The notes under the pieces: generated by a model
Database searches by the model: none
What the model saw: the letters and a program-made list of their open reading frames with translations, nothing else
What the model was told of the DNA's origin: nothing
Part shown: positions 38,183-48,741 of the stretch, piece after piece
Layout: each line of letters opens with the position of its first letter
Numbering within the stretch: position 1 is the stretch's first letter
Assembly (NCBI GenBank): GCA_965277715.1
Contig: OZ255836.1
Coordinates: forward strand, 2,688,001-2,752,000
DNA length: 64,000 nt
Direction: 5' to 3'
From: Gammaproteobacteria bacterium
GTDB taxonomy: Bacteria; Pseudomonadota; Gammaproteobacteria; JBCCGL01
Program-made: the position numbers and the translations under genes

Positions 38183-38277
38183 CGCGGGTAGCATCGGCAG
38201 GTGATGCGGGCGGTAAAGGTCTTTGTTTTGCCGCCGCTATTGGGTGTTTGTTAGCGATATTTATGCGGGCGACAGGC

Positions 38278-39141
38278 ATGGTTTCGATCAATGATACACA
38301 GGACAATGACACGGCAGCGCCGATGCCGGAGGTGCATCGCAGTATGCATAACCTCCACACATTGATGGTGGAGCCATCTATCCCCCAGCAAAAACTAATC
38401 CGGGAGCAGTTTGAAAGACAGGGCATCATTGATATAACAACGGTTGATAGTGGAACGACTGCGCTGGCCAGTATGGCTGAAATACTGCCTGATCTGGTTG
38501 TCAGTGCGATGTATTTACCCGATATGAGTGGCGTGGATTTAATCCATGCCATGCGGGTGCGCGACGATTTTGAATACACCCCATTTTTACTTATTTCCAG
38601 TGAGACGAATCATCAGCACTTGGAGCCGATTCGCCAGGCGGGGGTTGTTGGTATTTTACCCAAACCCTTTGAAGTGGATGATTTGCGCCGTGCGCTATAC
38701 GCGGCTTATGATTTGTGTGCTGCCGCCCATTTGCGCGAATCCTTTGGTATCGATTTCCACAAGCTGCAGGTGTTGTTGGTCGATGACAGTGTGATGTCCC
38801 GCAACTATATTCGACGGGTGATTGAAAACTTTGGCGTGGTGCATATCGATGACGCTGAAAACGGGCGGCAGGCAATGCAGTTATTGGCGACAAACCACTA
38901 TGATTTATTACTGACGGATTACAATATGCCGGAAATGGATGGGCAGGCATTATTGGCATTTGTCCGCCAGGAAAGCAATCAGCCAAATATCCCTGCGTTG
39001 ATGATAACCAGTGAGCAGCGTGCAGAGAGGTTGGCGGCGCTTGCGCAGGGTGGTTTGGTGACAATCTGTAATAAGCCGTTTGAACCAAGGGTAATAGGGA
39101 ATCTGATTCAGCAGGTATTGGCGTGCTCTGCGAAAAAGTGA
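38278..39141 (+). CDS. Response regulator with two tandem receiver domains
   Basis: First REC degenerate (VEPS..SAMYLPDMSG..KPF), second canonical (VDD..TDYNMP..KPF); start uncertain. Confidence 0.85.
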   Translation: MVSINDTQDNDTAAPMPEVHRSMHNLHTLMVEPSIPQQKLIREQFERQGIIDITTVDSGTTALASMAEILPDLVVSAMYLPDMSGVDLIHAMRVRDDFEYTPFLLISSETNHQHLEPIRQAGVVGILPKPFEVDDLRRALYAAYDLCAAAHLRESFGIDFHKLQVLLVDDSVMSRNYIRRVIENFGVVHIDDAENGRQAMQLLATNHYDLLLTDYNMPEMDGQALLAFVRQESNQPNIPALMITSEQRAERLAALAQGGLVTICNKPFEPRVIGNLIQQVLACSAKK

Positions 39142-39257
39142 GTTAGGCGCCGTTTTTTCAGATTACAGTAGATCCAATTGATTAATTTAGATTAATTAGC
39201 GGGCGTATTGGTTACAATTATTGCCTAATAGTTCATTCCATCGATACAAAGGTCACT

Positions 39258-40292
39258 ATGGATATATCTCAGTTATTAATGTTTAGCGTCAAAAATGGCT
39301 CATCAGATTTGCATTTGTCAGCGGGTGAACCGCCCATGATTCGTGTCGATGGTGAAATACGGCGTATCAACCTCCCGCCAATGGAACACAAGGAGGTGCA
39401 CACCATGATATATGACATCATGAACGATAAACAACGCAAGCAGTATGAAGAATTCCTGGAAGTCGACTTCTCATTTGAGCTACCCAATGTGGCGCGATTC
39501 CGTGTTAATGCCTTTAGCCAGAACCGTGGAGCAGGCGGGGTATTTCGTACTATTCCGACAAAGATTCAGTCACTGGAGGACTTGAAAGCACCGTCGATAT
39601 TCAAGGACATTGCTGAGTTTCCACGTGGTATTGTCCTGGTTACCGGGCCGACGGGCTCGGGCAAATCAACTACGCTGGCGGGGATGATCGATTATAAAAA
39701 TGAAAATGAGTCCGGTCATATTTTAACGATTGAAGACCCCATCGAATTTGTGCATAACAGCAAGAAGTCATTGATTAACCAACGCGAGGTACACCGCGAT
39801 ACCCACAGTTTCAGCGAGGCATTGCGCTCTGCATTGCGCGAAGACCCGGATACTATTCTGGTGGGGGAACTGCGTGACCTGGAAACTATTCGTTTGGCAT
39901 TGACCGCAGCGGAAACCGGTCACGTGGTATTCGGCACTCTGCATACCAGCTCGGCAGCTAAGACGATCGACCGTATTATCGATGTGTTTCCGGCGGCTGA
40001 GAAAAGTATGATGCGGGCGATGCTTTCAGAATCACTGCGAGCGGTTATTTCCCAGGTGCTGATGCGCAAGCCGGGTGGCGGGCGCATCGCGGCACATGAA
40101 ATCATGATCGGTACCCCCGCGATTCGCAATCTTATTCGCGAGGATAAGGTGGCACAAATGTATTCCTCCATTCAAACGGGCAGCGCGGCAGGTATGCAAA
40201 CACTCGATCAAAATCTGGCAAAACTGGTGCGCCGTGGCGAAGTCGATATTGAAGATGCAAGACGGGCGGCGGTTAATCCGGGCTCGATATAA
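39258..40292 (+). CDS. pilT: Type IV pilus retraction ATPase PilT
   Basis: SDLHLSAG, GPTGSGKSTT, EDPIE, LREDPD, AIRNLIRE. Confidence 0.97.
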   Translation: MDISQLLMFSVKNGSSDLHLSAGEPPMIRVDGEIRRINLPPMEHKEVHTMIYDIMNDKQRKQYEEFLEVDFSFELPNVARFRVNAFSQNRGAGGVFRTIPTKIQSLEDLKAPSIFKDIAEFPRGIVLVTGPTGSGKSTTLAGMIDYKNENESGHILTIEDPIEFVHNSKKSLINQREVHRDTHSFSEALRSALREDPDTILVGELRDLETIRLALTAAETGHVVFGTLHTSSAAKTIDRIIDVFPAAEKSMMRAMLSESLRAVISQVLMRKPGGGRIAAHEIMIGTPAIRNLIREDKVAQMYSSIQTGSAAGMQTLDQNLAKLVRRGEVDIEDARRAAVNPGSI

Positions 40293-40338
40293 TGTTCTTC
40301 TATAATTAACGTGGCTAACTGACAGGCAGAAGAGAGAC

Positions 40339-41439
40339 ATGGAGAGAGATAAAGCAATAAAACACATGCACGATATGTTGCGCATGCTCAAAAACAAAAA
40401 AGGTTCAGACTTATACCTCAACCCCGGCGCTGCACCCACGATAAAAATTCATGGGAAAATGGTGGCCGTCACTGAGCAAAAGCTCACCCCAGCGCATACC
40501 CAGGTGTTCGCCCGCTCGGTGATGAGTGATCGCCAGGCAGCCGAGTTTGAGGAGACCAATGAGTCTAATTTCGCTATCGATTTGCCGGGGGTTTCGCGCT
40601 TTCGTGTCAATGTCTATGTGCAACGCGGTAGTGTGGCCATTGTGGTGCGGATTATTGCCAACGAGATTCCCTCGTTCGAAGAGTTGTGCCTGCCAGATGT
40701 GCTGCGCGATGTGGCGATGACCAAGCGCGGGTTGGTGATTGTGGTGGGGGGGACCGGTACGGGTAAATCAACCACCCTGGCGTCGATGGTCGACCTGCGC
40801 AATGAGCAGGGTTCGGGGCATATTATTTCGATCGAAGATCCGGTTGAGTTTGTCCATCAGCATAAGGGCTGTCTGGTTAGCCAGCGGGAGGTTGGCACCG
40901 ATACAGAATCGTTTGCGATTGCACTGAAAAACAGCTTGCGCCAGGCGCCGGATGTTGTCCTGATTGGTGAAATTCGTGATCGGGAGACCATGGAACACGC
41001 CATCACTTTTGCCGAGACAGGGCATTTGTGCCTGGCCACATTGCACGCCAACAACACAAACCAGGCGCTGGATCGCATTATCAATTTTTTCCCGGAAGAG
41101 CGCCACCAACAACTGTTGCTCGATTTGTCGTTGAATCTGCGCGCACTGATCTCGCAGCGCCTGATACGTACCGTCGATGGCGGTGGGCGCCGTGCCGCCA
41201 TCGAAATACTGCTCAATTCGCCGTTGATGGCAGACTTGATGCTGAAAGGCGATGTAAACGAGATGAAGGAATTGATTGGCCGCTCCACGGAATCCGGGAT
41301 GCAAACATTCGACCAGGCATTATTTGAACTCATTGAAAGCGGTGTTATCTCAGCAGATGAGGCCCTGCGCCATGCTGATTCGGAGAATAATTTACGCTTG
41401 CGCATCAAGCTTGAGAGTAGACACAACCGTTTGGTTTGA
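40339..41439 (+). CDS. pilU: Type IV pilus ATPase PilU
   Basis: GGTGTGKSTT, LRQAPD, TLHANN.NQALDRIINFF; downstream of pilT. Confidence 0.95.
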   Translation: MERDKAIKHMHDMLRMLKNKKGSDLYLNPGAAPTIKIHGKMVAVTEQKLTPAHTQVFARSVMSDRQAAEFEETNESNFAIDLPGVSRFRVNVYVQRGSVAIVVRIIANEIPSFEELCLPDVLRDVAMTKRGLVIVVGGTGTGKSTTLASMVDLRNEQGSGHIISIEDPVEFVHQHKGCLVSQREVGTDTESFAIALKNSLRQAPDVVLIGEIRDRETMEHAITFAETGHLCLATLHANNTNQALDRIINFFPEERHQQLLLDLSLNLRALISQRLIRTVDGGGRRAAIEILLNSPLMADLMLKGDVNEMKELIGRSTESGMQTFDQALFELIESGVISADEALRHADSENNLRLRIKLESRHNRLV

Positions 41440-41450
41440 ATACACCCCCA

Positions 41451-42722
41451 TTACACAGCAATAAATTGCCCAGCGATCAGTGTGGCCGACACCTGCCCAC
41501 GCATCAGCCAGCCTTCATAGGGGGTGTTTTTACCCTGACTGTGTAGTGCTTTGCGTGTTACCTCCCACTCGTGGTCACGATTAAAAATACAGATATCCGC
41601 CGGTTTACCGAGGCTCAGCGTGCCGGCATTAATACCGAGGATGTTAGCGGGCATGGTGGTGGCCAGCGACAGGCAACGGGATAAATCCATGCCATCATCC
41701 GCCAGGCGCAACAACAGGGGCAACAGCGTTTCGATGCTGGACATACCAGGATACGTGGCTTGAAACGGCGCCATTTTTGCGTCTGATTCACAGGGGTTGT
41801 GATCGGAGCACACGGCATCGATCGTACCATCGGCCAGCGCCTCGCGCAGTGCCTGGAGGTCTCGCCGCTCGCGCAGTGGCGGCAATACATGGCACAGGCT
41901 GTTAAAGCCACTGATATCAATATCGCTCAAATGCAGGTGGTTGATACTAACATCCGCGCTGATGGGCAAACCATCGCGCTTTGCCTGGCGCAGCATATCG
42001 ACACCGCGCCGCGACGTGATACGCGACAAATGCAGGCGCGCCCCCGTCAGCGCCACCAGTTCAATCAATTGGGCGATTGCCACCGTCTCGGCTGCCATGG
42101 GAATACCCGGCAGGCCGAGCCGGGTCGACACTGCACCTTCATGCGCACAGCCGCCTGCGGCCAGCCAGCCATCTTGTGGTTGCAATACAATAGGAATGGC
42201 AAATGTCGCCGCGTATTCCATTGCACGGCGCAATACGCGGATATCGCGTATCGGCGTATCGGCGTTGCCCAGACCTACACACCCCTGCTGTGTCAGGGCG
42301 GATGACTCGCTTAAACGCTCGCCTTTCAGGTCGAGCGTCAATGCCCCCAGCGGCAATACCCGCGCATAGCCAGCCAGCTCGGCGCGGTTTAAAATCAGCT
42401 CGACCACAGAGGGCTCATCGATCACCGGATTGGTATCGGGCGGGCACACCAGCGAGGTCACGCCCGCCAGTGCAGCGGCGCGGGTTTCTGAGCGAATGGT
42501 GCCGCGCTGCTCGTGGCCGGGTTCACCGAGCCGTGCGCATAGATCGACTAAGCCCGGGCATACGATTTGCCCACGGGCATCAAAGGCCCGCTGTGCAGCA
42601 AAGCCTTCCGGTGCCGCACCCAAGGCAATAATGCACCCATCGGCAATGTGCAGATCAGCGACCTCATCGGTGCCATTGGCGGGGTCGATAATGCGCCCAC
42701 CTTCAATGGTAATCGCGCTCAT
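41451..42722 (-). CDS. pyrC: Dihydroorotase-like protein (PyrC' type)
   Basis: [10 protein letters not shown] in place of the metal-binding DxHxH, PPDTNP, SDHNP; downstream of pyrB. Confidence 0.9.
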   Translation of the reverse strand: MSAITIEGGRIIDPANGTDEVADLHIADGCIIALGAAPEGFAAQRAFDARGQIVCPGLVDLCARLGEPGHEQRGTIRSETRAAALAGVTSLVCPPDTNPVIDEPSVVELILNRAELAGYARVLPLGALTLDLKGERLSESSALTQQGCVGLGNADTPIRDIRVLRRAMEYAATFAIPIVLQPQDGWLAAGGCAHEGAVSTRLGLPGIPMAAETVAIAQLIELVALTGARLHLSRITSRRGVDMLRQAKRDGLPISADVSINHLHLSDIDISGFNSLCHVLPPLRERRDLQALREALADGTIDAVCSDHNPCESDAKMAPFQATYPGMSSIETLLPLLLRLADDGMDLSRCLSLATTMPANILGINAGTLSLGKPADICIFNRDHEWEVTRKALHSQGKNTPYEGWLMRGQVSATLIAGQFIAV

Positions 42723-43741
42723 TGCTCCACCCCTGATGATCCCATCGTCATTGACATTACCGCCATGCGCACAGCGATGCCGTAGGTAACCTGTTGGAGA
42801 ATTACCGATTGTGGCCCATCGGCAACACTGGCCTCAATTTCGATGCCGCGATTGGTCGGGCCGGGGTGCATGACAATCGCCTCCGGGTGGGCTTGTTGCA
42901 ACCGGGCGGGTGTCAGCCCGTATTTGTCGAAATACTCGTTGGCACTGGGCAGAAACGCGCCGTGCATTCGCTCGCGCTGCAAACGCATCATAATCACCAC
43001 ATCGACATCTTTTAGCCCCTGATCGAGCGCGGTGTAAACGCGCACGCCCAACTGCTCGACATCGGCGGGTAATAGAGTGCGCGGGGCGACGACGCGCACC
43101 TCGCCGGTATTCAATGTATTGAGTGCGTGGATTTGCGAGCGAAAAACCCGCGAGTGCAGCAAATCACCGACAATGGCGACCCGCAGCGATTCAAAGCGCC
43201 CCTTTTCACGGCGGATAGTAAACATATCCAGCATCGCCTGGGTAGGGTGTGCGTGTTGCCCGTCGCCCGCGTTGACAATGCTGATATGCGGCTCGACGTT
43301 GCGGGCAATAAAGTGCGCCGCCCCCGATTCGGCGTGGCGCACCACAAACATATCGCAGTGCATTGCCTGTAGATTGTGCAAGGTATCGAGTAGCGACTCC
43401 CCCTTTGCGGTGGCCGATGTGGCGATATTGATATTGAGCACATCGGCGGACAAACGCTTGGCCGCCAGCTCAAAGGTGGTGCGCGTGCGTGTGCTGTTTT
43501 CAAAAAACAGATTGGCTACTGTCCTGCCACGCAGCAGGGGCACCTTGCGCAGCTCGCGCTCATTAACACTGACAAAGTGCTCGGCGTTGTCGAGAATCGA
43601 CGTCAGCATGGCGCGGTTGAGCCCTTCGATGGTGAGAAAGTGCTTCAGCCTGCCATTGGCATCCAACTGGATAGTGTGTGGTACAGGCCCGGCGGGTGGG
43701 CGTGAGATGTTGTCGCCCCTCATTTCTGGCCCCTCATACAT
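42719..43741 (-). CDS. pyrB: Aspartate carbamoyltransferase catalytic subunit
   Basis: [27 protein letters not shown]. Confidence 0.97.
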   Translation of the reverse strand: MYEGPEMRGDNISRPPAGPVPHTIQLDANGRLKHFLTIEGLNRAMLTSILDNAEHFVSVNERELRKVPLLRGRTVANLFFENSTRTRTTFELAAKRLSADVLNINIATSATAKGESLLDTLHNLQAMHCDMFVVRHAESGAAHFIARNVEPHISIVNAGDGQHAHPTQAMLDMFTIRREKGRFESLRVAIVGDLLHSRVFRSQIHALNTLNTGEVRVVAPRTLLPADVEQLGVRVYTALDQGLKDVDVVIMMRLQRERMHGAFLPSANEYFDKYGLTPARLQQAHPEAIVMHPGPTNRGIEIEASVADGPQSVILQQVTYGIAVRMAVMSMTMGSSGVEQ

Positions 43742-44270
43742 CGGCCTGCTGGTGGGTTTCGCTGCTTACATGGCGCTGCAACGATAAATGCTGTGGGTGC
43801 AGTTTGACCTGTTCGCTCGGTTTTAACGCCAGGGTATGCCCCTTCACATCGGCGCGGATAGGTAACTCCTGCCCCTCGCGCTCAACCAACACGGCGAGGA
43901 TAACGCGTGCGGGCCTGCCGTAATCAAAAATTTCATTGAGAGCAGCGCGTACCGTGCGCCCGCTGTAGAGCACATCGTCGACCAGAATCACTGTGCGGTT
44001 TTCAATCGAAAAAGGCAGCGCGCTGGGCATTACCTGGGGGTGTAGGCCTATCTGGCTAAAATCATCCCGGTAGAAAGAAATGTTGAGTGTGCCCAAGGGT
44101 GAGGGCAGCGCGAGTTGCCGGTGTAATTGTTTGGCGATGCGCACACCGCCAGACTGGATGCCGATCAGCACAACCTCATCCACTGGGGTTTGTTGGATCA
44201 ACGCGCCCAATTCCCCGGCCATATTATCCAGCCAGCGGCTTACGGTTGTTGTGTCAGCTTTCTCCATCAA
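43734..44270 (-). CDS. pyrR: PyrR regulator / uracil phosphoribosyltransferase
   Basis: [29 protein letters not shown]. Confidence 0.95.
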   Translation of the reverse strand: MMEKADTTTVSRWLDNMAGELGALIQQTPVDEVVLIGIQSGGVRIAKQLHRQLALPSPLGTLNISFYRDDFSQIGLHPQVMPSALPFSIENRTVILVDDVLYSGRTVRAALNEIFDYGRPARVILAVLVEREGQELPIRADVKGHTLALKPSEQVKLHPQHLSLQRHVSSETHQQADV

Positions 44271-44697
44271 AGGCCTCTAACCAATAGTGCAGAATCAAAG
44301 CGGCGGCTATTCTATCGTCATCGCCTTTGCGCGTCTTGCTGCGCGTACCGTTTTGCCGTGCGGATTTTATCAGATCGTTAGCCTCGCGGCTGCTCAAACG
44401 CTCATCGCAATGATGCACCGGTAGGTTAAAGCGGCCATTGAGCTGGCGTGCAAAACGCCGGGCTTTATCGGTGATGCGCGTTGCTGAGCCATCCATATGT
44501 ACGGGGATACCGACGACAAGCCCATGTGGCTGCCACTCGGCTATTAAGCGGGCGATGTGTGGCCAGTCGGGCTTATTATTAACGGCCCGCAGCGTTTCCA
44601 GCGGTGTCGCCGAACGGGTAAGCAACTGACCGACGGCGACACCTATACGCTGCTCGCCATAATCAAACCCCAGGTAGTTTTTGCTGCTGTTTGTCAC
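44254..44697 (-). CDS. ruvX: YqgF/RuvX pre-16S rRNA nuclease
   Basis: GFDYG..RIGVAVG, VVG.P..MDG, DERLSS, D..AA.LIL. Confidence 0.93.
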   Translation of the reverse strand: MTNSSKNYLGFDYGEQRIGVAVGQLLTRSATPLETLRAVNNKPDWPHIARLIAEWQPHGLVVGIPVHMDGSATRITDKARRFARQLNGRFNLPVHHCDERLSSREANDLIKSARQNGTRSKTRKGDDDRIAAALILHYWLEAFDGES

Positions 44698-45160
44698 TCA
44701 GGCGCGCTTTAATCCCCAATACCCAAGTTGGGCGGGGTTATAAAAATGGCAAAATTCGGGTGCTGTATGGGTCATTGGCAGGGTGTGTGATATACCACTG
44801 ATTAGTTACATCATTAGTGTACCTTTGTAACGCATTATTTTCTTCTGGTATACCGATGAATATTCCTCTCACCCAAGACCTATGAAATCAGTTGGCAGCG
44901 GTGAAAATACACAATCAGGGTTTTGATATGCGCTCTATATTGCACGGAGGCTTTCGCCCATTGCTGATAACGCGGACAAATTTTCTCTTCAGCCTGATGA
45001 TCCGTGAGCGCTTGTGAAAACTAAAACGTGCAATCGATTGCTCGACTTTGTCATTTCAACCGCGATTTAATACGTCTGCAACGCGTTGAGGGGAAGACAG
45101 GAAGGTGGTGAACAACAACCAAAACTTGACCGAGTGGTCAGGATCGTGGAGCATTACCCC

Positions 45161-45679
45161 ATGCAGGAGAAAATCCCCCTTACAACATTCAACAACCTTC
45201 CCGATGGGGCGGCGGCAACCGCCTTATTACAATGTTGTAGCGCGCAACGCTGGGTAGAACGCATGTTAATGGCGCGCCCATTTGCCGACGAACAACACCT
45301 TATCCGGCAGGCATCCCACTGCTGGCAGTCGCTGCAAGAACCGGATTACCTGCAGGCTTTTGCAGGCCACCCCAAAATTGGCGATATCCACTCACTGCGT
45401 GAAAAATACGCCAGTACCAAGGTACTGGCGAGTGGTGAGCAGGCAGGCGTCGGTGGTGCCGACGAGAGTATGTTGGAAAGGCTGAGCCAGGGTAACCGTG
45501 ACTATGAAGAAAAATTTGGGTTTATTTTTATTGTATGTGCCACCGGTAAAAGTGCCGGTGAAATGCTGGCACTATTAGAGACACGCCTGCCCAACACACG
45601 TGACGAGGAGATAAATAATGCCTGTAACGAACAAGAAAAAATCACCGCGATTCGTTTGCACAAGCTGTTTTCGGTCTAA
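45161..45679 (+). CDS. uraD: OHCU decarboxylase
   Basis: AFAGHPKIG, EQAGV, YEEKFGFIFIVCATG, EQ.KIT.IRL. Confidence 0.92.
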   Translation: MQEKIPLTTFNNLPDGAAATALLQCCSAQRWVERMLMARPFADEQHLIRQASHCWQSLQEPDYLQAFAGHPKIGDIHSLREKYASTKVLASGEQAGVGGADESMLERLSQGNRDYEEKFGFIFIVCATGKSAGEMLALLETRLPNTRDEEINNACNEQEKITAIRLHKLFSV

Positions 45680-45685
45680 CCACTG

Positions 45686-46870
45686 ATGGAAAGTCATATT
45701 ATCGAATGGCTGAACCTGCTGGTGCGCTGGGTGCATTTTATCGTCGGTGTAGCCTGGATTGGCGCTTCGTTTTATTTTAACTGGCTGGAAAACCAGCTCG
45801 ACAGGCGCGAGCCCCAGGCAGCGGGAATCGCGGGTAATTTATGGGCGGTACACGGCGGTGGTTTTTACCACTTACAAAAATTCCAGGTGGCGCCGGATAA
45901 ACTGCCCGAACGATTGCATTGGTTTAAATGGGAGGCGTATATGACCTGGGTCAGCGGTATGTGCCTGCTGACGATAGTGTATTACTTTAATGCCCGCGCC
46001 TATTTAATCGAGCCTGCACTGGCCGACCTCACCCCATTGACTGCCAGTGCGATTGGCCTGGCGGCAATTGTGGCCTCTTGGTTTATCTATGATTTATTGT
46101 GTAAATCACCGCTGCGCCACCGACCAATGTTGTTGGCAGGTGTGTTGTTTTTGTATTTGCTGGCGCTGGCCATTGGTTTAAGCCTGGTATTTAGCGGGCG
46201 TGGTGCGTATATCCACGTCGGGGCGGCGATTGGTACGATTATGGTCGCCAATGTGTTTTTTGTCATTATTCCGGCGCAGCGTGAGCTGGTGGCGGCGCTG
46301 GTGGAAAATCGCGCCCCCGATACACAGCCCGGCAAAAACGGCTTGCTGCGTTCGCGACACAATAATTACCTGACCCTGCCGGTGCTGTTTATTATGATTA
46401 GCAGCCACTTTCCGTCGACATATGGCCACGCATTCAATTGGTTTGTGTTGGCGGTGGTATCGCTGGTGGGGGTGGCTGTGCGCCACTATTTTAATATTCG
46501 CCACACACCCGATAAAAAGGTATGGATTTTACCGGTATCGCTTTTTGTGATTGTGTTGATTGTCGCTTATACCGCGCCCCAATCGGCCTTTGAATCGCTG
46601 GGGAGCAGTCGTGTGAGTACAGCGGATATCCGCCCGATTATTCAACAGCGGTGCAGTGTCTGCCACTCGGCAAACCCAAGTCAGCCGGGGTTTTCCAGTG
46701 CACCAGCGGGCTTGTCATTCGATGCTGACAATACGCTGGAGGCGAACGCGCAGCGCGTATTTAGCGCCACCGTCAGTACCCACATAATGCCGCCCGGCAA
46801 TCTTACCGGTATGAGCGAGGCAGAGCGCCAGCAGCTCGCCCAATGGTTTGCCGCGCTGCAACAACAATAA
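45686..46870 (+). CDS. puuD: Urate hydroxylase PuuD (membrane protein with C-terminal cytochrome c)
   Basis: RWVH..AWIGASFYF, VHGGGFY, WFKWEAY, RS.HNNYLTLP, CSVCH heme motif. Confidence 0.93.
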   Translation: MESHIIEWLNLLVRWVHFIVGVAWIGASFYFNWLENQLDRREPQAAGIAGNLWAVHGGGFYHLQKFQVAPDKLPERLHWFKWEAYMTWVSGMCLLTIVYYFNARAYLIEPALADLTPLTASAIGLAAIVASWFIYDLLCKSPLRHRPMLLAGVLFLYLLALAIGLSLVFSGRGAYIHVGAAIGTIMVANVFFVIIPAQRELVAALVENRAPDTQPGKNGLLRSRHNNYLTLPVLFIMISSHFPSTYGHAFNWFVLAVVSLVGVAVRHYFNIRHTPDKKVWILPVSLFVIVLIVAYTAPQSAFESLGSSRVSTADIRPIIQQRCSVCHSANPSQPGFSSAPAGLSFDADNTLEANAQRVFSATVSTHIMPPGNLTGMSEAERQQLAQWFAALQQQ

Positions 46871-46922
46871 GCCACCGGGATAAGTCGATACACACACGGC
46901 CAAACCTACCCATGAAGAGACA

Positions 46923-47921
46923 ATGTCTATGTTAGAAACCCTGCAAAACCAATGGATCAACCTCGCTTCAACCAAACTGGGCGCGCAGGCGCTGACGGCC
47001 AGCGATGATTTTTTTGCGCCCAAAGAGCGTATGCTCGACGATGCTGAGCCGGTGTTTATCGCAGATAAATACGATGACAACGGTAAATGGATGGATGGGT
47101 GGGAGTCCCGCCGCAAACGCGGTGAAGGTTACGATCACTGCATTGTGCAGTTGTGTCGGGCTGGCGTGATTTACGGCGTCGATATCGACACCCGTCACTT
47201 CACCGGCAACTACGCCCCCTCTGCATCCATCGACGCCTGCTACTCGCCTCAGACCGCGCCGGATACGCACACCGAGTGGTGTGAAATCGTCGCGGCGATG
47301 CCCTTACAGGGGGATAGCCACCACCCCGTCGCTATCGAAAACACCCGTGCCTTTACCCATGTGCGCCTGAATATTTACCCGGACGGGGGCGTTGCGCGTT
47401 TGCGGGTTTACGGCTGCCCTGAATACGACTGGGCGGGGCACGATAACACCAACACAGTCGATCTCGCCTCAATGCTGTTGGGCGCCCGTGCAGTGACCTG
47501 CAACAACGCACATTTTGGCCAGGCGCAAAACCTGCTGATGCCGGGGCGGGGCGTGAATATGGGAGATGGCTGGGAGACGCGTCGACGGCGTGAGCCTGGC
47601 CATGACTGGGCGATTATCGCACTCGCCCACGCGGGCACAATTGCCCGGGTGGAGATCGACACCGCGCACTTCAAAGGCAATTTTCCACACCAGTGCAGCA
47701 TACAGGGCGCGTATATGCCACACGCCGACGAACATACACTGGCGCCACAAAGCCTGTTCTGGCGGGAACTGTTGTCCGTACAAATGATGCAGATGGACCA
47801 TATCCACCACTACCAGAATGAAGTGCAGGATATTGGCCCGATCACCCATGCGCGGCTGAATATCTTCCCCGATGGTGGGGTGAGCCGTCTGCGTTTACAC
47901 GGCACAGTTTTTTCCGGTTAA
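46923..47921 (+). CDS. alc: Allantoicase
   Basis: Two repeats of DGWE.RR.R and PDGGV.RLR. Confidence 0.95.
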   Translation: MSMLETLQNQWINLASTKLGAQALTASDDFFAPKERMLDDAEPVFIADKYDDNGKWMDGWESRRKRGEGYDHCIVQLCRAGVIYGVDIDTRHFTGNYAPSASIDACYSPQTAPDTHTEWCEIVAAMPLQGDSHHPVAIENTRAFTHVRLNIYPDGGVARLRVYGCPEYDWAGHDNTNTVDLASMLLGARAVTCNNAHFGQAQNLLMPGRGVNMGDGWETRRRREPGHDWAIIALAHAGTIARVEIDTAHFKGNFPHQCSIQGAYMPHADEHTLAPQSLFWRELLSVQMMQMDHIHHYQNEVQDIGPITHARLNIFPDGGVSRLRLHGTVFSG

Positions 47922-47938
47922 TCGCGGAGAGTCATTGC

Positions 47939-48430
47939 ATGCGCAATTTAACCCCACAACCTCTCACACAGGCGGCATTTGCCCCTTACGGTGAAGTGAT
48001 CGATGTGCGCAGCGCCCGCCAAATCCCGATCAATTATGGTTTGACCACACGCTTTAATGACCTGGCGAGCATTGATACCGGCGATGAAAATGGCCGCACA
48101 ATCGTCAATGTATTTCGCTCCAGGCCGGTGGCTTTACCCCATACTGTAAAAATAATGGAGCGTCACCCGTTGGGCAGCCAGGCTTTTATGTCCCTGTCGA
48201 ACCGGCCATTTTTGGTGCTGGTCGCGCCGCCGGGTGAAACGGTGTGTGCAGATGATTTGCAGTTGTTTATTACCGATGGTCAGCAGGGGGTTAATTTTTA
48301 TAAAAATACCTGGCACCACTATCAATTAGTGCTGGGTGAGCAAACGGATTTTATCGTTATTGACCGGGGGGGGCCTGGTGAGAATTTGGTTGAAGTGAAT
48401 TTGCAGGGCGAGGCGCAGGTTTTGTGCTAA
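47939..48430 (+). CDS. allA: Ureidoglycolate lyase
   Basis: LT..AFAPYG, MERHPLGSQAF, QGVN...WHH, F.VIDR. Confidence 0.93.
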   Translation: MRNLTPQPLTQAAFAPYGEVIDVRSARQIPINYGLTTRFNDLASIDTGDENGRTIVNVFRSRPVALPHTVKIMERHPLGSQAFMSLSNRPFLVLVAPPGETVCADDLQLFITDGQQGVNFYKNTWHHYQLVLGEQTDFIVIDRGGPGENLVEVNLQGEAQVLC

Positions 48431-48741
48431 TGCGTATCCGCACCAGGCCCCATGTATTGACTTGTGTGTAAGTTAATACATATAAAGAAGGTCTACAGCT
48501 GGCAGTGGTAACCTTCGATCACAGTGTCCACGCAGATCTTTACGAGCATGCAGACTTATCCCTGGATATCAAACTAGATAAGTTCTATCAGGAGCCTGCC
48601 GGATTCAGGAATAAACTTAGGTTTCTTTTACAGAACAAATCGCGAGGATAAGCCCAAAAAAACCACCACACCCCCATTGCCGCCAAGCGCCCATTAGTGC
48701 ATCTTAGCCATTATAAACAACCCGCTTAACGAACATTACCC

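Noticed and set aside
41451-42722. pyrC as a pseudogene because metal-binding histidines are missing
   Set aside because: An intact inactive PyrC' beside pyrB is a known Pseudomonas-type arrangement
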